Assembly (NCBI RefSeq): GCF_001194135.2
Contig: NC_068991.1
Location: 10,338,221 to 10,402,220, forward strand
Length of the DNA: 64,000 nucleotides
Source: Octopus bimaculoides
Lineage: Eukaryota
Direction: 5' to 3'
Shown here: one piece after another, positions 1 to 13,202 of the stretch
Position numbering within the stretch: the stretch's first letter is position 1
Layout of the letters: each line of letters begins with the position of its first letter
Translations under genes and position numbers: made by a program
The notes under the pieces: model-generated
What the model was told of the DNA's origin: nothing
Databases searched by the model: none
What the model saw: only the letters and a program-made list of their open reading frames with translations

Positions 1-815
1 TATATATATATATATATATATATATGCATGCACACATATATACATACATATACACACACACAACATATATATACACATGTGTGTGAGTGTATGTCTTTGT
101 AATTTCATTTGTTTGTCCCCACCATCTGACAACTGACATGCATATCTATGTATGTATACACATATGTATATATATGTGTGTGTATGTATGTATAATAGAT
201 ACAATATATTTATAGTAAATTTTTTTGTCATATAAATAAATAAAAGTGAGAAAAACACGGTTGTATTAATGAAAGCATAGAGCATAATGTATGTATATTT
301 GGTAACCATGGTTACAAACCTATATCTGAAGGTTTCATGATACCTAAATATAGCTTGCAGAGAAGCTATTGTCGTTAGGGTGACAACTTTACACAAGTTC
401 TCAGCAAGCATCTGTTATCGCTATGTTGCTGTCTACAGCAGAACTATATGTCTTGGAGAGCAGTAAGGAGTTTATTGATTTAAAGGGCGGCAAAGCAGAT
501 CTCAGGAAATAGGTTTATAGGCATACATTAATTCATACATGCATACATACATGCATGCATACATACATGCATGCATACATACATGCATGCATACATACAT
601 GCATGCATGAATGGCTGTGTGGAAAGGAGTTTGTTTTGCAACCACATGGTTCCAAGTTCAGTCCCACTATGCGACACCATGGCCAAGTGTCTTCTACTAC
701 AACCTAAGGCTGACTCAAAAGCCTTGTGAGTGGATTTGGTAGACAGAATCTGGAAAAAAGCTGATTGAGTATATATATATATATATATATACATCGGGAC
801 ATTTTTCGCACTGAA

Positions 816-884
816 GATCAGTGATTGTTGTACGCTGAGGACGGGTAAATACCCAGAAACTCAAGTCCGTGCGTATCACAGATC
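816..884 (+). ncRNA. Type I hammerhead ribozyme motif (Penelope/retrozyme-type repeat)
   Basis: CUGAGGA 835-841; stem II GGGU/ACCC (843-846/851-854); GAAA 856-859; stem III ACU/AGU; GUC cleavage triplet ending 867; stem I 829-834/868-873, extended by 821-825/875-879 and 816-819/881-884. Confidence 0.7.
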
Positions 885-1184
885 AAGATGGGAAGGATGA
901 CTTCCCTTTGCAAATACAGACAGGACACAGATGTGTGTCAATAGCCAGCTGGAGGAGATATTCTCCTGGGGCTAAAAGCAACAGTAACATCCACCCTTAG
1001 GGTTCAGCCACATTAAAGTGGCAAATATACTTCACGTTATACATATNNNNNNNNNNNNNNNNNNNNNNNNNNNNNNNNNNNNNNNNNNNNNNNNNNNNNN
1101 NNNNNNNNNNNNNNNNNNNNNNNNNNNNNNNNNNNNNNNNNNNNNNNNNNNNNNNNNNNNNNATATATATAAAATCAAAAGAAA

Positions 1185-1450
1185 CAACACGGATTTCCAA
1201 GGTTATTGCAGTACGCACGGCTATGTCAAGATGGTCTTTTTGTATTCTTCTTTCCCACTTAGATTGTTTTAAATGTTGTCACAACAGTAATATGTCCATT
1301 CTGCTGAAATTAAATTTTCAGTAAATTTTCTGTATCCTTTTGTAGCTGAAGACTGCTCTGCATTTTACATTTAATGTAATGCTTGCATTACTTAAATAAA
1401 TGGAGTTGCATGAAACGTGCATACTGCAATAACCTAGGAAATCCGTGCTG
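1185..1450. mobile_element. MITE with 35-bp terminal inverted repeats
   Basis: 1185-1219 caacacggatttccaaggttattgcagtacgcacg versus the reverse complement of 1416-1450, 3 mismatches. Confidence 0.7.
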
Positions 1451-1558
1451 CTTTTTTTTTATTTTTGATCACCTTGTNNNNNNNNNNCCATACTATATTC
1501 TGGTGCCTAAACTTAAGTGCCACATTCAATTTTGAACCTAAATTTTTTACTGAACTCA

Positions 1559-1593
<35 letters not shown>

Positions 1594-4227
1594 GCACACA
1601 AATATAGATACATAGATATATGTATGAGTGTGTATCTATGTACATATAAATATAGATATATGTATATAATATATGCATTAGGTACTAAGTTACAATGTAT
1701 ACACGCATACACAACATGATGTGAGTATCAACATCTGCATTTTAAAAAAATAAGTCAATAAATAAATAAATAAATAATGTCTTTGATGTTTGAAATACCA
1801 TGGTTACTAGGCAGGAAATATATGAAGGAAATATATAAATATGAATGAACTGTAAGAGTTTCTCATGGTGCAGAGGAAAGATAATGTAGCTGACCGACTG
1901 AACAGAAATGTCTTATGTCCAGTTATGAATGCCTTGAATCCTTAATACACAGGGATAACCATCGAAGAGATAATCCAAAGGATAGATATTCAATATATTT
2001 ATAGCCTAAAGCTGTGATATATGTTATAATAAGCTACTTATACAAAGAACTCAGATCTTTCTTGTTTTTTTAATGTCTTTGTGTCTTGGTAGGAATATTC
2101 AAGTACACACTGTATCACATTTCGTACATATGTGTATATATGTATGTATGTATCTATCTATCTATCTATCTATATATATATATATACACACACACATACA
2201 ATGTATATATGTATGTATGTGTATATATATATGTATGTGTGTGTGTTTATATATAAATATACACATACATGATCATCATCATCATTTAACGTCCGCCCTC
2301 CATGCTGGCGTGGATTGGACGGTTTGACAGGAGCCAGCCAGGTAGAAGACTACCCCAATCTACTATACCTGTTTTGGTATAGTTTTTACGGCTGGATGCA
2401 CTTCCTAACACCAGCTACCCTGCAACCATATATATATATAAAACAAATAATAAATGAGTATATGCATATATACGTACAAGCATGTGCATACCTACATCTA
2501 CCTGTATATATAGGTGCATATCTGGGTACAGGACATTGCAAACAAAACGTAGACAAAAAAATAATAATAACCAGAGTACAGAACACACACAGGCCACATA
2601 GAGAACATTTTCCTTCATCAGCTACCCCCATTCTAATACAGGCGTTTCGAAGTACATACACGCATACATATATACATACATACACACACACATACATACA
2701 CACACNNNNNNNNNNNNNNNNNNNNNNNNNNNNNNNNNNNNNNNNNNNNNNNNNNNNATATATATATATATATATATATATATACATGCATATACATAAT
2801 CTGCAATGGATGCCCTTCCTAATGCCAATCACTCTGAGTGCGTAGTGGGTGCTGAAGTTGACTTTTCTGTTTATCCTTTCAGGGTCAATAAAATATAAGT
2901 ACCAGTTGTGTACTGAGGTCAGTGTAATTGACTTATCCCCTCCTCAAAATTGTTAGCCTTGTGCTTAAATCAGAAACCATTATTAGTTGCAAGATCCTCA
3001 CAACCTTAAAATACCCCCATCCTGTTCCATCAGACCCATACCTCTCCATTAAGCTTTGTCCTCAATCATCAGTCTCCACCATTAGAGCCAGTCCACTAAT
3101 ACTAATTAACCATGTTAATTAACCTAAGACACTCAGGCTGTGAAGAACATGATAATAACTGAAAAATTAATTAATTCATTCATTAAGCTCTTTAGTATTT
3201 GGCAGATTAACTTATTTGTCTATAAAGTCACAATTAACTACAAATGTTCATTCAAGCACACCTGATGAAAGTAATTTGTGGTAATGAGAAGTGGAGTAAG
3301 TGTGAGATGGCCAAGTGGTTAAGAAGTTTGCCTTGTAATCATGTGGCTCTGAGTTCAATTCTGTTGTACAAAACCTTGGGCAAGTGTCTCCTGCCATAAT
3401 CTCAGTTTGATTCAAGCCTTGTGAATGAAATTTGGTAAATGGAAACTGTAGACACTGAATGGAGGGACTGTACTAGTTTTTGGATACTAGACTTAATCTG
3501 TCTGCTGCTGTTGAAGTTTAGCTGAATCCATGTTGTTGCAAGCATTCTGACTAAATTTCTGGCCTCTACAAAATGTCACAGATACTTTCATATTCTGTTT
3601 AATCCATACAATAAAAGAAAAGCATTAGTGTACCCTTGTAGTAATGTAGTAAAGTTCATCTTGTTAACTGCTACATCTAAATATGACGTCAGTATTTTTA
3701 AATGTTTTGTACTGTAAACTGTTTACTAATGTATTCTTCATATTATGCGTTTAATAAAATTGAAGAGATATTGGAAGAATGAGACTCGTAGTCTTTTGTT
3801 TTCAAATCATCATCTGCTTTATTGTTAAAAGTTTACATGGGCCATAACCGTTCCAAGGAAAGAACTTAAGAGAATGACATGAGAAAAATGAGATTAATGT
3901 TGTAGTCTGATTTCGTAATCATGAGTGAGGGTCCAGAATGCTTTGCTTATATTAGTGATTTAGCTGAACAGCTTGTGTGATTGTATATTGATGAGGGAGA
4001 AAGAAATATAAAGAGGTGGTGAGTGAAAAAACATAAATGACCCCTGCCATGGTTGATTTTTAAGTTAGTAGCTGTTTGGTCATTGTGCATTGCAGACTGT
4101 TCATGCGGACAAGCCTGGTTGCTGGACATCTGATATTGAGCTTAGCCTATCTACTAAACATATGACTGTTATCAATGCCTTGTGAACGAATTTGACAGAT
4201 GGAATCTGTGAGGAAGTCAGTCATACA

Positions 4228-4263
<36 letters not shown>

Positions 4264-5247
4264 TTAGTGTCTGTGTTCGTTCTCCTCTCCAACCACTTGA
4301 TGTCTCATGTTAATTTATTAATGTCCCTATAACATAGTAGCTCAGCAACAAGAAATCAATATAGAACTATTACAAGACTTAAAAAAAAAAATAAATACTA
4401 TGGTCAATTTGTTCAACTAAAACCCCTTCGAGGCAGCATGTTCACAGTTCAGTGATTGAAGCAAGTAAAAGATAGAAGATAGCCTTGAAATCTAACCTCA
4501 ACAAAGGTTTGATATAAAAGGTCAACATACCATCTAAAACTAAAAAACAAAAAGAAAGGACTCAGCTCATAGCATTCTATATTCCCCTAACAGGATGGAA
4601 TGATCATGAATAGAATGCCTCTGAACTCAGGCCTACCTGATCAGAGATGTCCTAGGTCTAAACTTAACAGCTAGAAATAACACATTGATAATGTAGTCCT
4701 AGATACATTATGTTTCACTGAAAGACTTTCCATCATAGTCGTCAAGGTACAAAGCTGACTTTGGATTAAACAACAACACAAGGAAAGTAGCATTAAATAA
4801 AATAGTTATTTTCAGCTGAGTGGACAAGAGCAATGGAGAACAGAATGCTTTACTCAAGAACACAAATCTAGGAATTGAACCCATGACCTCATCCATTGTA
4901 AGTTCAACATCTTAACCACTAGACCATGCAGATAATTGGAACATCTATGATCATAATTTTGTTGGATCATAATTGACTTAGGGTCAATGCTTTCAGTTGC
5001 AATATACTGCTTTTATTCCAATTAATTTTGGGAAATAACGAAGAATTTGATAAAATTACTTTGTCCAAATTAATTAGAGTTTGAAACAAATTAACATGAA
5101 ATTTTGATGGAAGGTTTTAATTTAGATCATTTAAAAAGAAGTTTGTAACATAGAAAACGAGGTGGTCTTGTGCAGTTTGGTATCAAATAAGTTGAACATC
5201 AACAACATTANNNNNNNNNNGTCATAGAAATCAAAAGTTGGACTCAC

Positions 5248-5346
5248 CTCTTCCCATTTAAGGAATTTGTTCCCTTTGATTAACTGGTCAGGTACATTTG
5301 GCCATTTTAGTTCAATTTGACGTACAGCAGTTTCAACTCCTGCCAT
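5248..5346 (-). CDS. PLCB: Phospholipase C-beta (cephalopod retinal PLC type), first coding exon; remainder lies left of window
   Basis: ATG at 5346; 99 nt encode MAGVETAVRQIELKWPNVPDQLIKGNKFLKWEE, then donor GTGAGT (5247-5242), phase 0. Matches the PLC-beta N-terminus (cf. vertebrate PLCB1 MAGA...LKKGTKFVKWDD) and, from memory, squid/cuttlefish retinal PLC. No exon 2 seen in 1-5247. Confidence 0.9.
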
Positions 5347-6254
5347 CTTGATGCTCTATGCTGACTTGCTTCTGTTGTTGTTGCTGCTGCTGCTGGTTAG
5401 TTGCAGAAGATCAAATTCCATGTACAATTTTGATGTGTGGTGTTGGCAGCAGGGCTGTTCTGTTGTACTTTATTTTATTCTTTCTTCTTGTTTGTTATTG
5501 TTGTAATAACAGCAATGGTATTAATATTACTACAAGTAATAGTAGCTGTTCTTTTAGGTTTAAAATACGTTGGATTTAAAAAAAAATTTTATATATATAA
5601 TTTTTTACTTTTCAAGATTAAAAAAAAAAGTAGCTGGAATATATATTTATTAAATATTCAACAATACTAGGTTAAAAAATGATTCCAAAAGAGAAGTGAA
5701 CTGAGTTTCTTCTTGTGAAAGGTCTTCAGTTATGAAACTCAGTTTATCTTGGAGAGTTTTGAGTAGAGAGATGATTTATTCTGTTTCTTTTGTTGGTTTT
5801 CTTTTTAAAATCCAAAATCCAATTGTAGCTGAATTAATTTACAATTCCAAAAGAAGGTTGAAAACAAAACATATATGTATATATGTAGCTCTCTGTTTTT
5901 TTCTTTTTTATGTATATACACACATACACAAATTGTGTACTTTTTTCCCCACTAGATGTTTGGTTTCACTGTAGCTATTTGCTGTTTGGAGTGATGTTGT
6001 TGATAACAATGGTAATTCCACCTTGAAAAGAGAAACAAAAACAAAATTACATATATATATATATATATATANNNNNNNNNNNNNNNNNNNNNNNNNNNNN
6101 NNNNNNNNNNNNNNNNNNNNNNNNNNNNNNNNNNNNNNNNNNNNNNNNNNNNNNNNNNNNNNNNNNNNNNNNNNNNNNNNNNNNNNNNNNNNNNNNNNNN
6201 NNNNNNNNNNNNNNNNNNNNNNNNNNNNNNNNNNNNNNNNNNNNNNNNNNNNNN

Positions 6255-6442
6255 GCCAGTACCGCCTGACCCATTACACTCTCTGAGTGGTTGGCGTTAG
6301 GAAGGGCATCCAGCTGTAGAAACTCTGCCAAATCAGATTGGAGCCTGGTGTTGCCATCCAGTTTCACCAGTCCTCAGTCAAATCGTCCAACCCATGCTAG
6401 CATGGAAAGCAGACGTTAAACGATGATGATGATGATGATGAT
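6255..6442 (+). mobile_element. SINE family A ((GAT)n-tailed, aggaagggcatccagctgtagaaac core), representative copy
   Basis: At least 15 near-identical copies, e.g. 13349-13810(-), 15000-15197(+), 26157-26312(-), 34407-34637(-), 37483-37690(-), 41091-41280(-), 44045-44232(-), 49252-49420(-), 56917-57003(+), 59935-60080(+). The core resembles the Meta-domain SINE superfamily. Confidence 0.85.
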
Positions 6443-6859
6443 GAAGAATTCAAGTGAGGTTTAAAATTTACTACAGCTGTTTCGACAGCATTCTATTGAT
6501 GCATTCATAGATTACATCATAGTAAAAATCCACCATCCTCAGGTAAAATTTTAAACACATATAACCAGGCAAGGTAAAACTAGAAGATGACTTACTCACC
6601 TAATTAAATAATGAATAAGTGATATTTTAAAAAGGTATAATTGAATTTATAGAGAAAATGGATAAGTTAGCAGATATTGCAAGAGCAGTGAGGTCAAAAC
6701 AATCGTATTTTTTTTTTAGTTGCTATCTTAATTAGTTAACGATCTTGACTGGCTGTGAAAAGCCCGCAGGGAGCAGGCATGGTCAACCAAAGTATTAAGG
6801 AAGATCATTGAGATAGGACTTCAGCCTTCAGGGTAGAAATTCATAAACTGTGACCATGT

Positions 6860-7070
6860 TTATGACACAGGAATGGATGGCTGAAAATTTTCATGATCAC
6901 ACAACCCCTAACATTTGGCCTCCTAATTCCCCAGATCCATGTGGAGCGTTGTTGAGAGAGAGAGGTCAATGAACACGGCCATAACACTAAAGATTCTTTG
7001 AAAGCTGCCATGGTCAGAGTAATGTCCAGGACTACTTGAGTCAAGCATGTAGATGATATATATTCAAACC
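6860..7070 (+). mobile_element. Tc1/mariner transposase C-terminal remnant
   Basis: QEWMAENFHDHTTPNIWPPNSPD...VEREVNEHGHNTKDSLKAAM; decayed, with a deletion after SPD. Confidence 0.75.
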
Positions 7071-7673
7071 AAAATATATCATGCAATAATACAATAAATA
7101 AGATATGATAAATATATAATAATAGATTTTGAGTTTGGAAGCCATATGCCAGACAATAAAATATTTCATTATTTATGAGATAAAGATTAACTGGACTAGT
7201 TTAATGAGAATGTGTAATTAGGAGGCCTATTATATTGAGTAACATATAACTCAAACAATATCTGCAGCCATAGATAATAGACAAAACTACATTAGATGAT
7301 TTAGATAAAGATTAGGGGATGCTGTTTGAAGTGGATTTGGTAAAAGGTTTAGAATATGCAAATGTGCTTCTAATATTATGCAAGCATTTGAATCTAAGTT
7401 CCTGAGATTTAATCAGGACATTACCGGGACGTTACCTACAACAGCTGTAGTAAATTTCAAATCATTTCTAAATTAGGCACAAGGCCAGCAATTTCGAGGG
7501 GAAAGGTTTAGTTGTTCCTTGCATTTGACTAAAATTTCTATTTTATCAAACCTCAAAGCATAGAAAATAAAGTTGACCTCAGTAAGATTTGAACTCACAA
7601 TATAAAGAGCTAGAAATATACCACAAAGCATTTTGTCCAATTCTTTGATAATTTGATGAATCATCTGCCCTAC

Positions 7674-7708
<35 letters not shown>

Positions 7709-8822
7709 CCTTTCCACTATAAGCACAAGGGCAGAAATTTTATGGGGATGGACTAGTCGATTGCATTGACCCCAGTGTTTGACTAGTACTTATCTTATTG
7801 ACCCCAAAAGGATAAAAGACAAAGTCAACCTTAGTGGTATTTGAACTCAGAACATAAAATCGAATGAAATGCTTCTAAGCATTTTGTCTGGCATGGTGTC
7901 AGGTCACCACAGTAGTAATAATAATAATTAATTCGTTTATTGGCCAGAAGGGCTTACATAAAATTATATTAAAACACATAAAACAACATAAAAGACAAAA
8001 ACAGGACGATACAATGGGTTTTACAATGTGGAAACTATATATATAACGATTAAAAATTAAACAATTTAAAACTCCCAATAGGGAAGGCACTTTAAGGACC
8101 TCATGGAAAAGCCCAGAAAAGCCACGGGTGCCTGAACAACAGGGCAAGAGCCCTTTTTCTTTTGTTAATAGGTGCATGCTAAGAATTGGTCCTTTCACAC
8201 TGGTCCTTCTTCCAGCATTCACCCACCTTTCAACAAACTTGCTATAAGGTAACACCTCCCTCTCCACCCTCTAATAATAATCCTTTCTACTAAAGGCACA
8301 AGGCCTGAAATTTTGTGGGAGGGGACTAGTCAATTTCATCGACCCCCTCCAGTTGTTTCACTAGTACTTAATTTATTGACCCCAAAAGGATGAAAAGCAA
8401 AGTTGACCTTGGCGGAGTTATGAATTTAGTAAGAGGGGGCCAGTTGAAATTATCGACCTCAGTGTGGTACTTATTTTATTAACCCCGAAAAGATGGTGAA
8501 GTTGACCGTGGCAGACTTTGAACTCAGAATTTAAAGATTCATGAAATGCAACTAAACATTTTGTGCCAGCTCACCAAATGACAAAACAACCATCTTAATA
8601 ATAATAATCCTTTCTACTAAAGACACAAGTCCTAAAATTTTGGAGAAGAGAGTAGGTCAATTACATCAACCCCAGTAATCAGCTGGTACCTACTTTATTG
8701 ACCCTGAAAAAGGATGAAAGGCAAAGTCGACCTTGGCAGAATTTGAACTCAAAACATTGAGACGGGTGAGATACTGCTAAGCATTTTCCCCAGTATGCTA
8801 ATAATTTTGCCAGCTTGTTGCC

Positions 8823-8950
<128 letters not shown>

Positions 8951-9503
8951 CCTTTCTACTAAAGGCACAAGGCCTGAAATTTGGGGGAGGGGAATAGTCA
9001 ATTACATTGACCCCAGTGTTTGACTAGTACTTATCTTATTGACCCCAAAAGGATAAAAGACAAAGTTGACCTTGGCGGAATTTGAACTCAGAACATGAAG
9101 ACCAACAGAATAATAATAATAATAATAATAATAAAATATAATGATAACAACAAAATCAACAACAACAACAATAATGATAAGAAAGGAACAGAAAGCAGAA
9201 AATAAGTTAAAATATATGAAAATTATTGGTTTCAACGAATAATAAGATATCGAACATTTATACTTGTAGATCACCTTATGTAAATATACATATTATATAT
9301 ATGTGTATATATATGTGTGTGTGTGTGTGTGTGTATATATATAAGCATTAAACTAATACAACACTTGTCTCTCCCATGTTGTCTTCTTTTTGTGCTCATT
9401 TGGTTTCTTAATGTGTGTGTGTGTGTGTGTGCATATGTATGCATATATACCATCATCATCATCATCATCATTTAACATCCATCTTCCATGCATGCATGGG
9501 TAG

Positions 9504-9579
<76 letters not shown>

Positions 9580-9719
9580 AATATATACGTATATATATGT
9601 GCGTGTGTGTATATATATGCATACATACTTACATATATAGAAAGGGAGAAATTAATAGAAAGAGAAAGACAGATACACAGACAGACCAATAGATTGACAT
9701 GCAGACAGACAGAGAGGCA

Positions 9720-9735
9720 GGTAGATAGATAGATG

Positions 9736-9792
<57 letters not shown>

Positions 9793-10259
9793 TTAAATAG
9801 AAAGATAGACAAATAGATAGATAGACAATTAACAAATATATTTATATAATGATGTTTAGCCAGCCAGTGCAATTAGGTGTTTTTTTCTTGTTAAAAAGCC
9901 ACAGATGTGTCCAACCAGCCAACCTTTCTGTCCATATATATATTCTATATACATAGCAACTGGAAGAGACCTGCTTCAACACTGAATGAACAATCAGCAG
10001 TTTTTGTTGTTCTTGTGGTTGTTGTTGTTGTTGCTGTATTATGGCAATATTGCAGTCATTTATTCATGCATTGTTTTTATTCATACCAGCAGGTATGTGT
10101 GTGTGTGTGTGTGTATTTAATAATAAACATATATGTGTGTGTGTGTTTTTTATACACATATGTACATGAGTATGTGTTGTGTGTATGTATATTTGTATGT
10201 GTGTACATATATATATGTGTGTGTGAGTGCATGCATGTATGTATGTGTATATATATATA

Positions 10260-10300
<41 letters not shown>

Positions 10301-10596
10301 NNNNNNNNNNNNNNNNNNNNNNNNNNNNNNNNNNNNNNNNNNNNNNNNNNNNNNNNNNNNNNNNNNNNNNNNNNNNNNNNNNNNNNNNNNNNNNNNNNNN
10401 NNNNNNNNNNNNNNNNNNNNNNNNNNNNNNNNNNNNNNNNNNNNNNNNNNNNNNNNNNNNNNNNNNNNNNNNNNNNNNNNNNNNNNNNNNNNNNNNNNNN
10501 NNNNNNNNNNNNNNNNNNNNNNNNNNNNNNNNNNNNNNNNNNNNNNNNNNNNNNNNNNNNNNNNNNNNNNNNNNNNNNNNNNNNATATATATATAT

Positions 10597-10652
<56 letters not shown>

Positions 10653-10765
10653 GCAGATAGATTGGCTGACAGACTAGAAGTTAGACAGATAGATAGATAG
10701 ATAGATAGATAGATAGGTAGATAGATAGATAGGCACACAAATAGATGGATAGACAGACAGATAGA
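9720..10765. repeat. Compound (GATA)n/(TG)n/(TA)n microsatellite cluster with N-gap
   Basis: GATA arrays at 9720-9830 and 10598-10760; TA/TG runs in between. Confidence 0.9.
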
Positions 10766-11053
10766 CAGGTGACAAGAGGGAAAGTGAAACTGATAGAAAG
10801 ATAGATACTATAACTCCGTACACTGGTTCTTCAACCACGACTACCAAAGTATAGGTTCCATAGATAGGTGCGATCTATCTCTTCAAAATGCACATTATTG
10901 CAGGATGATGGAGACAGTTTAAACATGAAAAACAGAATGAGACAAGACAGATGGTGGAGATGGGGAGAGGGGTGGCGGTGGTAGTGATGGTAGAAGGGGA
11001 GTGGAGATTAAGAGTCAAGATTAAGAGAAGTTGGAAAAGAAAGGAAAGGTGGA

Positions 11054-11089
<36 letters not shown>

Positions 11090-11796
11090 AGAGAGCATTG
11101 AAGAGTGAGTGGGGGGTGAGATGAAAATCGGGTAAGGTGAAGGGAGAGGGAATAGCAGAGACAGAGTGAGGAATATGTGAGAGGTTGGTAGAAGGAAGAG
11201 GATGCAGGGGGTTGTAGAGATGAAAGATAGAGACAAGAGTGACAGAGAGAGAGAAAGAGGAGAGGAGGAGTGAGAGGTAGAGAAAAGAAAGAGGAAGACA
11301 AAGAAGGAGGAGAAGAAAGAAATTTTTTTATACATGCACACAACTACATGTAGACATACACACACATGCACACACGCACATGCACACACACACATATATA
11401 TACACATACATACATACATGTACGCAAGGTCACTTCACATGCAGACACATCTGTTGGTGTTTTAGTATTGATCTGTGTGTGGAGTGTCGGTGGCAGTTTA
11501 ATGGGGGGGTGGGGCAGTGGCTGAGAGTGTTAAATCTAATAATTTGAATGTCCACACCCAGCTGCTTGGTAAGGGATGGCAGCACTCGCAGCAGCCACAG
11601 CAGCAACATTAGCAGCAGCAGCAGTTCTGGTCCAAGTGAACCAAGCAAATGTGGCTGAAACAAAATCTCGACTTCTTTATAATGAAGATCAGTGATTCTC
11701 AACCCTATTTAACCTATAGACCCCTATGATTCATATTTTACTTGGATCTACTCTCATAGCCATTTGATATTTAAGAAAATCATATTATATTTTAAT

Positions 11797-12110
11797 TAAC
11801 TCCGCCTTAACGAAGGTGGAGGTATTGTTTTCAGTTATGTTTGTTTGTCCATGGACAAGATATCTCAAGAACCACTGAATGGATTCAGATGAAACTTTCA
11901 GGGATGTTTGGTCTCATGGTTGGCATGAACTGATTAGATTTTGGGATCGATCTGGTACCAGACAAGGATTCTGGATTATTTTTCTGTTTTTTTTTCGCTT
12001 AATTTTTGAGAGTGGTCGGGTTCATTCTTAGCATTCTTGTTTGCAAGAGCAGTCGAGTTTATTTCAGATATTCTCGTTTTAAAAATTATCTCTGGCTAAT
12101 CATTGAGAAT
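11797..12110. mobile_element. Helentron-associated (HINE/DINE-like) non-autonomous element
   Basis: Terminal hairpin ctccgcctt-aacg-aaggtggag followed by gtttgtttgtcc...caagatatctcaagaaccactgaatggattcagatgaaact, a HINE-like layout; assigned by resemblance only. Confidence 0.45.
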
Positions 12111-12658
12111 CTTGTGAGTAGATTTGGTAGATGGAAGCTGAAAGAACCCTGTCATATATACGTGTGTGTGTGTGTTTATGTGTTTGTGTGTTTGTGTTTG
12201 TCCCCCCCACCATCTCTTAACAATCAGTGTTGGTGTGTTTACGTCCCAGTAACTTAGCAGTTTGACAAAAGAGACCAATAGGATAAGTACTAGACTTACA
12301 AAAAATAAGTCCTGGGGTCGATTTGCTCAACTAAAGGTGGTGCTCCAGCATGGCCGCAGTCAAGTGATTGAAACAAGTAAAAGAATAAAAGAATATATAC
12401 ATATGTGTATATATATGTATGTATATATGTGTATGTATGTGNNNNNNNNNNNNNNNNNNNNNNNNNNNNNNNNNNNNNNNNNNNNNNNNNNNNNNNNNNN
12501 NNNNNNNNNNNNNNNNNNNNNNNNNNNNNNNNNNNNNNNNNNNNNNNNNNNNNNNNNNNNNNNNNNNNNNNNNNNNNNNNNNNNNNNNNNNNNNNNNNNN
12601 NNNNNNNNNNNNNNNNNNNNNNNNNNNNNNNNNNNNTATATATATATATATATATTTT

Positions 12659-13202
12659 GGTTAAATAAATAAAATGAGACAAAGTCAAGACAGTGTGAAA
12701 TTTTGGGGACATTTTATAAAGCGAAGGGTTGTCATACAGCTGTTTCAGAGATACAAAAGATATCCCATAATCAGAGATGATATGAGAGAGTTAATTAGAA
12801 GGAAATAGTAGAGTTCAATATAAGAAGTTATTTTGGAAAAGGAAAAATATAGAAAGTATAAAGGGAAATACAAAAATAAAGATAAAGATATAAGTTGGAT
12901 GTTAAATTTGCTGTTTCATTATCCAAGGAAAGTGTTGTGTAGAATGGGTAAAAAGGCTTCTTGTCCATGGTATGTAAGTTCCAATAGGAATTCAAATTTT
13001 GTTATTACAAATGGATAGTGGGCAACAAAATAACTTCTTATATTGAACCCTACTATTTCCTTCTAATTAACTCTCTCATATCGTCTCTGATGATGGGATA
13101 TCTTTTATATCCCTGAAACAGCTGTAAGGCTACCCTTCTCTTTATAAAATGTCCTAGAAATTTTCACACTGCCTTGGCTTTGTTGTCTCATTTTATTTAA
13201 CC
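12659..13202. mobile_element. About 545-bp element with ~175-bp inverted arms (Penelope-like inverted pLTR remnant)
   Basis: 12659-12834 is the reverse complement of 13027-13202 with scattered mismatches; each arm carries a hammerhead-like core. Confidence 0.65.
13081..13130 (+). ncRNA. Minimal type I hammerhead ribozyme motif within an inverted repeat
   Basis: CUGAUGA 13087-13093; stem II GGGAUAU/AUAUCCC; GAAA 13115-13118; palindromic ACAGCUGU stem III; GUA triplet ending 13126; 4-bp stem I. Confidence 0.6.

Noticed and set aside
5350-6060. Photoreceptor RCSI/P3 (TAATYNRATTA) element upstream of the retinal PLC
   Set aside because: No exact match found by eye, and the TSS is unknown.
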